A stretch of DNA of 63,053 nucleotides, the filler included, from Octopus bimaculoides (taxonomy: Eukaryota): assembly GCF_001194135.2 (NCBI RefSeq). It is 5 parts of 5 records of this genome, joined end to end, with 100 filler letters (N's around TTAATTAATTAA, not from the genome) between each part and the next. Parts side by side here need not be neighbours in the genome. Positions count along the whole stretch, not along the records: positions 12,787 to 34,506 come from NC_068988.1; 4 more parts are not named here. One strand, given 5' to 3'. The position numbers and the translations under genes were made by a program. The stretch's first letter is position 1; the number at the start of each line of letters is the position of its first letter. The notes under the pieces are model-generated. The model worked only from the letters and a program-made list of their open reading frames with translations, was not told the origin of the DNA and made no database searches. Positions 13,531 to 24,975 of this stretch are shown piece by piece.

Positions 13531-14362
13531 ATAGTAGGTTCCTTTAAAAATAATTCCCGATTTCAGAAACAAAATTTTATATTGGAAAAATTATCAATAG
13601 AAATGTTTTGATTCGTCAAAGGATGAGCCGTTAACTTCTATGCATCTCCGCCATCGATCAACCAGTTTATTTATGCTCCGTTGATAAATGCATGTTTAAA
13701 TGGTTTGCAAAATGGTAATCAGTGGATGAAAGATCAGGAGAATACGGAGAGTGTTGTAAAGTCTCGTATCCACAGTCTGTAAGCTTCTGCAGCGTCATTC
13801 TTGCAACATCTGACTGCATTATCTTGGAGACAGAATTGGGCCATTTTTTTGCAAATGGGTATGCATTTCAGCGAGTTGATTGCAGTAGATTTCTGATGTA
13901 ATGCTCTAATTGTCCACCAGAAAGCTGTAATTGACAACACCAATTGCGAATCACCAGACAGTCACCGTAATCTTTTGCGAATGAAACTTTGGCATTGGGA
14001 AATGTTTGGGGGTCTCATCACGATGAAGCCATTTACCTGATGATTTACGGTTATCATAAAGGATTCACCCCTCCTCACACGTGACTATTCAGTTAAAAAA
14101 GGGAAGATTGGTGTTTCGCTGAAAGAGCATCCAATACATTTCAAAACGCCGAACTTTTTGATTTTCGTTGAGTTCATACGGTACCCATTTATCGAGCTTT
14201 TTCACTGTACTAATCTTCTGCAGAATGCGTAAGACCATCGCAGTACCGACACCAAACGCTTGAGACATTTCTTTGACACTCTGACGTGGGTTTTGCTCAA
14301 CAATTGCTTTCAATTGTTCATTGTCAAGACTGCGTGACCGTCCTCTACGTTCTTCATCTTAA
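13531..14362 (-). mobile_element. Mariner transposon remnant, 5'-truncated
   Basis: KDEERRGR..LDNEQLKAIVEQNPRQS, KKLDKWVPYELNENQK and IVTC...ILYDNRK motifs. A TIR-like 3' end (aattatttttaaaggaacctactat) abuts the (AAT)n. Confidence 0.85.
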
Positions 14363-14502
14363 GAGGCAGCACACGTGCTAGGATACAACAACCGCCTAAG
14401 CAGACCGAGTGCAGATATGAACAGCATGTGGGAACCAGTATTAAGGAAGAATAAGAGAATATTATATTTATAAGCCCTAAAATTCACACCATAATTGCCC
14501 AC

Positions 14503-14576
14503 GGGCATATGGCGTAGTGTTTAAGAGTGCGGACTACTAACCCCAAGATTCCGAGTTCGATTCCAGACAGCGACCC
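14503..14576 (+). pseudogene. tRNA-Ser(GCU)-like head with Pol III A and B boxes
   Basis: TGGCGTAGTGTTTAAG (A box), GGACTACTAACCC (compare tRNA-Ser GCT GGACTGCTAATCC) and GAGTTCGATTCC (B box). The acceptor stem and long variable arm are not intact. Confidence 0.7.
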
Positions 14577-14642
14577 GAATAATGATAATAATAATAATAA
14601 TAACAACTGAGGAATGAGAACCCAGGTTCGAAATTTCCCCAA

Positions 14643-14688
14643 GACAACTGATGAAGGCTGGAGGGTATATCAGCCGAAACGTTGTGCT
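14643..14688 (+). ncRNA. Minimal type I hammerhead ribozyme motif
   Basis: CTGATGA-A-ggctg/cagcc (stem II)-GAAAC-GTT with palindromic AACGTT. Stem I is imperfect here (acaa/gtgc) but perfect in copy 2 (acac/gtgt). Confidence 0.72.
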
Positions 14689-15340
14689 AACAACAAACAA
14701 TTTGAGGACAAATATCCGTCAATTGTAATTAACGTACATAATATCTTATCTCTTAAATATAGAACTGTATGGTTTAGCCAAAAGATGGAAGACAGCATCA
14801 TATCTTTTTACAAAACCTCTGATACTGGAGACGAAAAACGTGCGTATAATTAGAATGACTAGCTTCTGCTAAAAGCAGCGAACGACCAGATGCCGCTGGT
14901 AAAACTCGAACACTAAATAAGTCTAGCAGCTTAGGAATTATTGTATGTATGACATCAACTTCGTTATATAACTAGAATTTATAGAATACGATTAGCAACA
15001 TGGAATAAAATTATTGAAGTTTATTACTTTTGTGTGCGTGACGTGTAACAGTGATCAAGAAAATCAACAAGGACAGGGCTTCGAAGCTGATTTGTTAGTG
15101 CCACTGGGAGGACAAATGCGTGGTATAATCAAATTAATATTTTTTCCAGCTGTCGTCGATTATGAATTGGCACTCCAATATTTGACGTTTGCAAATGAGA
15201 ATTACTGAACTGAAAATCAAAACCTAGTTTACACTCTTTTATCAAACAAGAGATTGCTACCATATCATGGTGCTCAGAGTTAAAACAAATTAACTGTTGC
15301 CAAATATTGATCACTAGAATTAAGTACATACTATATAGAT

Positions 15341-15351
15341 ATGAAGAGAGA

Positions 15352-15428
<77 letters not shown>
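15341..15428. repeat. (GA)n microsatellite
   Basis: Directly visible. Confidence 0.98.
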
Positions 15429-15432
<4 letters not shown>

Positions 15433-15785
15433 GAATACATGCATATTAGTTTGCATGCGCGAATGAATGTGTATGTGCATGTATATATGTACATATGTAT
15501 ATTAGATTATAATTTTAAAACGCGGAATACTAATTTACATTCATTATCATAAATTATGTAACACGTCATGGCAAATATTGAAATATTTATCCTTTGTGAT
15601 CTTTTTCATGCCTTTCCGTTCGGTTTGTAAAGCGTTTCATAACTTCGATAAACAATGTCTTCACGGCTGATTAACTGCACATCTAATTAAGTTCGGCTAA
15701 AATGCCTAGACCTTTCTCCCTTTCATTTAACTTTCTTCAATTATTATAGGCGTATGAGTGGCTGTGTGGTAAGTAGCTTACATTA

Positions 15786-16058
15786 TTTACATTAATTACA
15801 ATTGACGGATATTTGTCCTCATCTTGGTTTTTTTTGTTAACACAACGCTTCGGCTGATATACCCTGTAGCCTTCATCAGGTGTATTGGGGATATTTCGAA
15901 CCTGGGTTCTCATTCCTAATATATCTTTCGATGTTATTATTATTATTCAGGTCACTGCCTGGAATCGAACTAGGAACCTTGGGTTTAGTAACCCGTGGTC
16001 TTAACTACTACGCCATATGCCATAATGTACATAATTCCTTACCTCTTAAATATAAAAC
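15786..16058 (-). mobile_element. tRNA-head plus hammerhead element (family 1, copy 2), inserted after another SINE head
   Basis: Reverse complement ggcatatggcgtagtagttaag...gttcgattccaggcagtgacctg(aat)n...aggaatgagaacccaggttcg...acacCTGATGAaggct..agccGAAGCGTTgtgtt aligns to 14503-14730. Confidence 0.85.
15840..15883 (-). ncRNA. Hammerhead motif, second copy (GAAA to GAAG, likely inactive)
   Basis: acac-CTGATGA-A-ggct...agcc-GAAGC-GTT-gtgt on the minus strand. Confidence 0.6.
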
Positions 16059-18328
16059 TTTCTAGGGATAGAGAGAGCTACATAGTTCATGAAATAATTA
16101 TATCCAATATTGGGTTAATGTTAGCAATTCTAAAGTGACGTGGCGAATTCCGTTGCAAACACGTCTACACGGAAATGATAAAATGTGTAGTTTATTTGAA
16201 TGGTATTTAAACTCAGAAAATAATGAATCGACACTTTAATTTCATGAAATAACGGAAACAATGTATGTTATGTTTTACAGAAATCTGTTTCAGCCTAATT
16301 TTTCATTTTTGCAGCAAAAACCTATCTTTAAGAAACGTTTTCTTTACAACACATATTTTTCACATTTGTTCAAGTTTTTTCTGATACTTTTTTCAGAAGG
16401 CTACACGTGAATGTTGAATCGTCATCATGGCAGCATGTAACAGATTTTCGTTAGTTTTATATTTTCATCCACATGTCAACATATTTATGTCCTGTCAATT
16501 ACGTTTATGTCAAAATTTAGCAGCAGTGGAATAGTGAGAAGCAATGCGTGCATTTTGTATGTGTTGAAATGAGTGAAACCATGTCTTCACTGCATGTATC
16601 AGTTTAAATAATTGAAGTCAGCGTGTTAATAATCCAGTGCAAATTTCTAACAACCATTATAATCCAGTTCATCTTTAATAACAACCAGGAAACTCTACAT
16701 CTGCATTAGAACGTAACGATGGACTTTGTTTTCTGAAGAAATCTGCAGTTAATCATTGGAACATGACAGCGTCAATAATCTGCATATAATCATAAGTCTT
16801 TTTTATTGGCACCATTCTTTTACATATAAAATGTGAGATCTATTCTGATCAATGCAAGGTAATCATTCGCCATGAAGGATGGTATATTAATGATAGAATG
16901 TAGCTCAACCACATCAGATATTCTTGTTTATGTCTTGTTATATGTTTAACGTAGCTATTCACTGAATATACCCGAGTCTCCATCCATATGTAAATTTCAA
17001 AACAAAAAAAACCGTCATCATTTAAATAATACTCATTGTGATAAAAGGTGTTATGTGTTATGCAAGATATTGCATAAAATTATATTGCATGCTTTAACAG
17101 GATTGTTTTTGTTTTAATGTTTATGAATATCTCTAGCAAGCTAAATCGTAGTGAAAGCTGAATTGTTTCATTTAGAAATAAAAAAAATTACTTAACTATG
17201 TTTATAAATTTAAAGGTTGGTATTATATATGTTATTTATGTGTGTACATTCCAATTCGATATTGTTACTTGACAATTAATTTTTTCTTTCGTGTGGCGTC
17301 TATCACACCTAAAATCTTTCATTCGAACTCCAAGCAATGTATACACTTGATAAACATAATGATTTTACGTAAAACTGAATGCATGTCTAGTGAGAGTCCA
17401 ATAATTTTATGAATAATATGTCAATAAAAATCTAGCGAACAACAACTTCTTGTATTTGTTTGTTGAATTTCGTACATATAGAATAATATTATATAACCAC
17501 AGTATGCAGGGCGTGGATTCATTAGATTAATATCAATCGAGAAAGAAAGGGCCAGGAAGTGAAGCCTAACACGACATATGTCTTGTGGGAATACATTTCA
17601 CATTGGGCATGTAATTGATTTCCGATATTCCTATCAATGCAGTTTAGCCTTTGTATTGCTACGATCTGGTCTCCAACTGCTTGCGTATTTGTTGGATTAT
17701 GCAAGAATTGAATGCATTGATTTGACGTACATTACGTAATGTGCTTTGTGCATGTCCCAGTTCCAGTAAAACACTGCTGATTAATGGTGCGGGTTTAGCT
17801 TTTGAACATTGACTTCTCATGGGATATAAAGACGGAATAGATATTCAATTATTCAATCCAACTCCCTACCGGATATACACGGATAAACAGTATAAGAGCA
17901 CACATTCTATTCAATTTGCAAATTAAGTAGTTCGTAAATGACGGAATACGAGAATAGAAGAGAAGGAAGTAAATGAAAAAAAGAGGATGTGGGAATACAA
18001 TGAGAAAAATGTGACGAAAGAAAATTATAGCTATGTTGCTTTGAGCACCAAGCCGTTATTCTAAACACTGGAAGCAGGTGAACGTTTCGGTCAGCGTTAT
18101 TCTTGTGGGTAGACCGTTTTATCGCAAACACTAGTTAAGGTGTGCATGTGCATATGAACGCTTTGCTGAATGTATACACACAGAGACACACAGACACACA
18201 CGCACACATTCACACGCACAAACCAAATACACACACGCGTATACATGTATAGGGTTTGAGTGTGTCATAGTATGCATATATATATATGCACACACACACA
18301 TATATATATATATATACATATATACACA

Positions 18329-18395
<67 letters not shown>

Positions 18396-18652
18396 NNNNN
18401 NNNNNCGCGTATACATGTATAGGGTTTGAGTGTGTCATAGTATGCATATATATATATGCACACACACACATATATATATATATATACATATATATGAGTG
18501 TGTTCATATACATGTAAGCATTCATGTCCGTACGTATGCATATATACATGTATGTATGGTGCATGAAATTTAATAGTTGTATAAAGTAGCGGAAAATTCC
18601 ACCCAAGCCGCGATTAAGCTATTAAATTCTCACATGTTAATGCTTATTACAG

Positions 18653-18739
18653 AACCTTAGACTATTTGCTGGGGAAATACCTACAGATGTAAACGAGCTC
18701 ATATCTGTACATGCACAGTATCATAAATCACATGAACCT
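18653..18739 (+). CDS. Candidate 87-nt phase 0-0 exon (NLRLFAGEIPTDVNELISVHAQYHKSHEP), gene unknown
   Basis: ttattacAG acceptor, GTAAGT donor, open frame; no recognisable homology. Confidence 0.25.
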
Positions 18740-19020
18740 GTAAGTATTATTTACAACTCGTAGACGAATGTTTTTCTAATCACAACGCAATACAACGCAA
18801 TACCTCACAAATATTAGAATATATTTCATTGCCTATACCATGATCTGAAATGAATTGATGAGTAACAGGCACCTTGAAGATATTCTTCGAAATATCAAAA
18901 ATACTGTCTATAATAGGGTCTTTTCTGTGGAGCATATGAGAATAGATTTCATGTTTTGAGACGTTACGCGTTTTTCCGTCTCCACCTCCACCGGAGATTG
19001 ATTCATATGTGTGTGTGTGA

Positions 19021-19063
<43 letters not shown>

Positions 19064-19149
19064 TTTGTGTGTGTGCGTGTGCATGTGTGTAAATCTTTAA
19101 ATTGTATCAGCTTCAAAGCTGCGGTGATGCTGGGGCACTACCGTCGACT

Positions 19150-20620
19150 GTGCTACACCATTATTTGAAACCTCCGCTGATATGTGGCATTTGGTGAATG
19201 AGGCAAAGTGATGTTACTCCCCTCATCTGTGTTTCCTGCCGTGAGTTACGGTCATCTGGAACCCTTCACATGTGAATATATCGCTTTGTTTTCAAAACAG
19301 CTACATCCACACTATGCAGGTTTCTCAGGCAGTTTGGAAGGATATTGAATACCTGTGGGCCCTTGAAACCCAAGCTGCTCTAGCATAAGGTCCTGTATTT
19401 AGATGGAGATGCTGCGATCTTTAGCACTATGCAGTAACTCTCAATGCAAAAGTTTGGTAAAAGGCATTTCAAGATTTTCCAGATGTATATCACTGCATTA
19501 TCTTTCCCGCCTTCGTTCTAAGCTGAAGAATTTTAATTTTTCAGTCTTTTCCAGTACCTAAAACATTGCATTGAGATGAATTTCTTTGTGTAGCTTCCTT
19601 GGACTGCTTCGATATACGTCGTTAATTTTATATTGTATAGTCACCATAGTTGCGAGCAGTAGTCCAAGAAGCTGAAGACATATGTCCTCCGAAGTACCAT
19701 CACTGTCTCGTTTTCTTTTGTTTTGAAAGTTCAGAGGTTCCATCCAGCTAGCCATCTGCATTTTATTAACAAATTGGTAGTATGCACTTGGAAAGATGAA
19801 TCATTGTTTATGTGAATGCCCCGGTCACGGACTGATTTTGATTCAGGAATTGTAATTACTCCAGGGCCAGTGTAATCTGTATACATGTCGTTACGTTTGG
19901 TGTCCTGGTAGCGCAGGGCTTGGAAATGTCCTCCATTAAACTATATGTTGTTGTCTTCGGCCCAGGTGTATATTGCGTCCAACTCTCGTTGCAGATGTTC
20001 AATATCTCCAGGATTTTGTATTATCTGAGAGACTTTTGTGTCATGCGCATAACTGGCTATCTGAGCAGCTGAGTGCCTGTCCGAGAGGGCCACAATGAAT
20101 AACAGTGGTCCTAAAACAGTGCCCTGTGAAACACCATTTAATATTTGTGCTTCCTTGGACGTGGCTCCGTCGGCCATTACGGCCTGACGTCTATCATTTA
20201 GAAAGTCGTGCAGCAACACTCAAGTTTTCCGACTCTGTTGAGTTTACGTAGTTTGTGGCATATCATACCATGATCGATTTATGAAAGCTTTTGCAAAGTC
20301 CAGATATATCAACATTTGAGTCATCAACACTTGAGTCATTTAGCAGCTGTTCTAACACCCAGTTGTAGTGCTGCACGTGCTGTGTTTGGCAGATTCTACC
20401 GGTTGGCAGTCCATGCTGGATGTCAATCAGCAAGTCATTGTCTTCACGAAACGTGATTAGTTTCTCGCTGACTATTCGTTCCATGACTTTGCTGCCCTAT
20501 GAGGAGAGATAGATAACCCTATAACTTTTCGCATCTGCTCTGCTACCTCCCATATGAATAGGGCATATTAGCCCTTACTTTATTATTTTTGGGAGCTTAC
20601 CACATCCAAGAAAGCTCTAA
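19150..20620 (-). mobile_element. CR1/L2-group LINE remnant (RT plus 3' end)
   Basis: KSYRVIYLSS..SKVMERIV, QHG, YLDFAKAF, GVSQGTVLGPLLF, SYAHDTK (YADD-like), SLERRR and SLGFKGPQVFNILP on the minus strand. Confidence 0.85.
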
Positions 20621-20808
20621 AAAAGAAGCTGCAGTGGATTTTCAAGATTTTGTCGGCATAATTTGAGAAGGACCGCTGAGAACCTACTCCATGTCGGTAA
20701 AGCACAGTAACGCACGAACCGGTCTACAGACGTTGTTTCGTGCTGGATTGAAAGTCAAATATTATTCTTAAATATAGTTTACTAGTCGTACACTATATAT
20801 ATAAATAT

Positions 20809-20839
20809 TGTGATGAGAGTTACGACGACCCCTTGAGAG

Positions 20840-20871
<32 letters not shown>

Positions 20872-23050
20872 GTCCCAATAAAATATAAATAGTAACGAAC
20901 TGAGTAGGTTGAGAGCTCGGAGTGGAGTGAAGTTCGTGTTAGTTGGAAGTGAAGTTGGAATGTGGCGGCTGGTTAGTTTACAAAGAATACTGATTTTGGT
21001 TCGTAAAGTGATTTTTTTTTTTTAGTTCATTACATTGTTTTTACTGTTATTTAGTTATCTTATGTATTTATGTAACAAATAATTTACAACTAGCGACGAG
21101 AATTTCGAAGCTTACGTAGGGTACTAGATTTGCTCGTGATACAACTTGTTAAATAATGGAAGACTTGTTAGCTTCGATAGTACAGTTGCAAAAGCAACAA
21201 CAAGAGCAGCAACAAGATTTCCAAAAGCACCTATTATACCAACAACTGCAACAGCAACAATAATTGGAACTATATTCAAAGACGTCCAAAAATAAAGCAA
21301 GTTCATTGTCGCCAGACGGCGTTTCGAACTCGATTAATGAATTCCGTTATAACCCACAGGAGGGTATAAGTTTTGCATCGTACTACGAGATTTTTAAGCA
21401 AGATGGTAAATCATGGTAGGACGAACAAAAATTGAGATTGTTATTGCAAAAATTAGCTTCGTTAGAGCATGAACTTTACTGTAATGTCATATTGCCCCCA
21501 AAACCCAATAACATTTGTTTTAAACAAACAATAGAATCACTGTCTAACATATTCGGTGATAAAACTTCTGTATTTAACACTCGAATGGAGTGTTGGAATA
21601 TAAGAGAATCATGATTTTATTATATACGCAGGAACGGTCTGAAAGTTTTAAACTCAGAGGACTTACACCTGAGATGATCCAGTGTCTTATTTTCGTACAA
21701 AACCTTACGGTAAGTGAAGATACAGAAATTCGAGGAAGAATACTTTCTAAATTGGAACAAGCAAAACAAGTTCTAACCTTACCGTCTATAGCAGAAACAC
21801 GATGTAGAAAATAATGAAGAAAAAGATTTCTCAAAAATACAGATATGTCGACCGGAAAGTACAAAAAAAAAAAGCGCACTACAATGTAAGGGCACGCATT
21901 TCAGTAAAGGCTGTCCATTAAAAAATCAAAAATGTTACAGTTGCAAATGAATTGTTTACAAGAGTTCACGTTGCAGAACAAAATTACGAAATTCAAACAT
22001 TAAAAATCCTAGAGTACTCTCAGCAGAAACAGAAAACGACTCCCAAATAAGAAAACTCGTACACGTAAAAATAAATGGAATACTTATTCACTTCAATTCG
22101 ATACTGGAAGTGATATTTCAATAATAAATATGGATACGTGAAAGAAATATTGAGAAAAACAGCGAAATCTGCTCGTAGCGTGACAGGTGACAGATTACAA
22201 TTCATAGGTGTAATGTGGACTGTCACATTTCGAGCGCGAAAACATGCAAGGCGAAAGTATTCTTCGTTAGAAATACAACCAATACGTTAGGTACCGATTG
22301 GTTAGCATTATTCGATTTATGGGACCACCCCATAAATTTCTATTGTTAAAACGTAAAGGGTTGTCACTCTAAAAATAATTCGTCTGAAGAGTTAACGGAA
22401 AAAAAAACTTTCCGCAAGTACTGTGGGACAAACTAGGTCTATACACAAAGATTGAAATCCCATGGTGCAGGATGCATATCGACTATGTTGGACCAGTGAA
22501 TGGCGTGTACTATCAAACCGTTGTGGATAGCTATACAAAGTGGCCAAAGATATGCATATAAACCCGCAGCAAAAACAACAATATAGTTCCTACTCGAACT
22601 ATTTGCGCGATACGGTGTTCCAAACACGTTATTATCAGTTAATGAGACATAATTCATGGTATATGAATTAAGAAATGTCTGCAAAATATAAACCGTAAAT
22701 CATATTTTTACCTCATCGTAGAACTCGACGTCAAATGAACAGGCGGAAAGATTTGTCGACACATTCAAAAGAGGTCTAAGAAATGCTAGGAACGAGCTAG
22801 ATAATGACGGGGTATTAATGACATTTTTGAGAGTATATAGGATAACGTCAAACCCAAATGCTAATTCAGGAGAGTCAGGAGCAGGGTTAATGTTCGCGCA
22901 TAAAATAAAATTGATCTTCGATAAATTATTGCCAGGTGAAAATATATATAAATGAAAGACACGCATTACAGTTGAAGGAAACACAAGAAATATTACAAAA
23001 CATTTCGAAGTAGGAGATACAATTCAAGGAAACATCTTGAGCAGCAAATC
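20809..23050 (+). mobile_element. Ty3/Gypsy LTR retrotransposon remnant: 5' LTR, PBS, gag, protease and integrase, with no RT/RNase H
   Basis: TG..CA LTR at ~20809-21088 followed by actagcgacgag (TGGCGACGAG-type PBS). Gag-like LQKLASLEHE..ILPPKP..FGDKTSVFNTR; protease FDTGSDISII (~22095); integrase PWCRMHIDYVGP..VVDSYTKWP..ELFARYGVP..QAERFVDTFKR. Confidence 0.85.
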
Positions 23051-23089
23051 AAGAAGGAACTTACTGGGCAGTCAATTGAACTATGAGAA

Positions 23090-23290
23090 ATAGCAATCAA
23101 ATGCCCACCAAATTCACAGTCTATTTTCTCTCCTTGTTTTTTTTTTTTTTCCTTTCTGTAGAATAGCGTAGGCTCGAAACGTTAAAGACTTTTTCACTTC
23201 CCGAGCGTTCAACTAATACGTCTGTTTGTTGTCTACACCACCTGCCTTTGTCTTTTGTTTTTTGTTAGTTATTTTTGTGAATTCTAACGA
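23090..23290 (+). mobile_element. Dispersed repeat with hammerhead-like motif (family 2, copy 2)
   Basis: cttt-CTGTAGA-A-tagc-gtag-gctc-GAAAC-GTT-aaag at 23152-23187, followed by a tail shared with copies at 7330 and 32645. Confidence 0.65.
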
Positions 23291-23309
23291 TATATATATA
23301 TTATAATAT

Positions 23310-24027
23310 TGTTACGAAACATAGATAGCGCATAAGTGCTCTAATCACAACTTAGGTGTTAGATAAGTATAATAGATAGAATGGAAAGAGTTCAAAACAC
23401 TCAGACTACGATTAAAATACACATATATAGGTTTAGTTAAGATAAAATAAAAATTGTCTAAACTGAAACATACATCAATATATTAGACATACAAAACTAT
23501 ATAGAAATATATGANNNNNNNNNNNTATATATATATTATAATATATTATAATATATTATAATATAGTTACGAAACATAGATAGCGTACAAGTGCTCTAAT
23601 CGAACCTGAGTCGTTAGATAAGTATAAATGATAGAATGGAAAGAGTTCAAAACACTCAGACTACGATTAAAATACACATATATAGGTTTAGTTAAGATAA
23701 AATAAAAATTGTCTAAACTGAAACATACATCAATATATTAGACATACAAAACTATATAGAAATATATGAATACGAAAAATATACAAGAATATATAGATAT
23801 ATAGATGTATAAGCATAATAATAATAATAATAGAATACAAATAAAAAAATAATCATGGAATATAGAAAACAAAAGCGTTTTTAAAATAATTTAAAATATG
23901 TTATAGTAATAGGCATTAAGACGAGGTTTGGGTTAGGATACACACAGTGTTCCGACGATCGTGTATGGAACTCATCCATCCGAATTACTGACGAATCTTA
24001 AGATTCATTTCTAGAGGATGCTCCTTT

Positions 24028-24031
<4 letters not shown>
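23310..24031 (-). mobile_element. Possible solo LTR between (TA)n tracts, with an internal gap-flanking duplication
   Basis: Minus strand begins TGATGAAAG and ends GTAACA; otherwise unverified. Confidence 0.25.
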
Positions 24032-24078
<47 letters not shown>

Positions 24079-24239
24079 NNNNNNNNNNNNNNNNNNNNNN
24101 NNNNNNNNNNNNNNNNNNNNNNNNNNNNNNNNNNNNNNNNNNNNNNNNNNNNNNNNNNNNNNNNNNNNNNNNNNNNNNNNNNNNNNNNNNNNNNNNNCTC
24201 AAAAACTACTGTCCCTGTGTCATAATTTGAAATTGCTAC

Positions 24240-24975
24240 CATTATTATTATTATGTTGTTTCTTTTTTTCTTCTTTCTTCAAATTTTCTTCCATTTCTCG
24301 CCTAGTGTTTTCCGTACACCTAGGGCAGAGAAACTCATTATATACATTCCCTGTTTACACACGCAAATTCACAGGTAAAATATGTATTAATTTTTTTTTT
24401 TAAATCAATAAATTAAAAAAAATTCATTAATGGATGTTGTTTTCACAGCGATAATGCTCTTCTCAGTACATGAGTCGTTCCAGTTAACACGATTTTTTGC
24501 ACTTCCTGTAGGGATGGTAAGCCTGGTATCATTTTCAAATAGGTTTCAGTACTTCTTTTTATCATTCCTAGAGATCCTACAATCACTGGTACGGTAGTCG
24601 CCTTGAGGTGCCACATTTTTCAATTTCTATTAGCAAGTCTTTATATTTACTGATCTTCTCAAATTCTTTCGCCGCTATATTGTGATCACAGGGAATATTC
24701 ATGTCAATTAATAAACACATCTTTGTCTGACCTTTTATAATAATATCTGGTTTATTAACTTTTATAGCCTTGTCGGTATGTACGGGGAAGTCCCAGAGAA
24801 TCGATACATTTTCTCCCTCAGTCACAGCTTCAGGATGGTGTTTATACCATTNNNNNNNNNNTTCTCCCTCAGTCACAGCTTCAGGATGGTGTTTATACCA
24901 TTTTGTCAGCGATTTTGATTTTATAATGCCGACATATTGTCCAGTGTAAATACTCGCCAACCCCGTAATATAGAT
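24240..24975 (-). mobile_element. R4/Dong-like LINE 3' fragment
   Basis: WYKHHPEAV..ILWDFPVHTD..NKPDIII..LIDMNIP..EKISKYKDLLIEIEK, then VPVIVGSLG; the 3' UTR ends in (AAT)n at ~24240. Confidence 0.85.

Larger units (their letters stand above)
14363..14768 (+). mobile_element. Penelope-like pseudo-LTR module: ORF C-terminus, tRNA-like head, (AAT)n and hammerhead motif (family 1, copy 1)
   Basis: 14363-14473 translates EAAHVLGYNNRLSRPSADMNSMWEPVLRKNKRILYL*, resembling a PLE GIY-YIG C-terminus. tRNA-like segment at 14503-14576; hammerhead motif at 14643-14688. The head and tail are homologous to 15786-16021. Confidence 0.7.

Noticed and set aside
14503-14576. Functional tRNA gene
   Set aside because: Acceptor stem and variable arm are not intact, and it is embedded in a repeat; treated as a SINE head.
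23311-23769. ~200-bp tandem duplication (similar cases at 18236-18490 and 24811-24901)
   Set aside because: Each pair straddles a 10-12-N gap, typical of unmerged contig overlaps or haplotypes.
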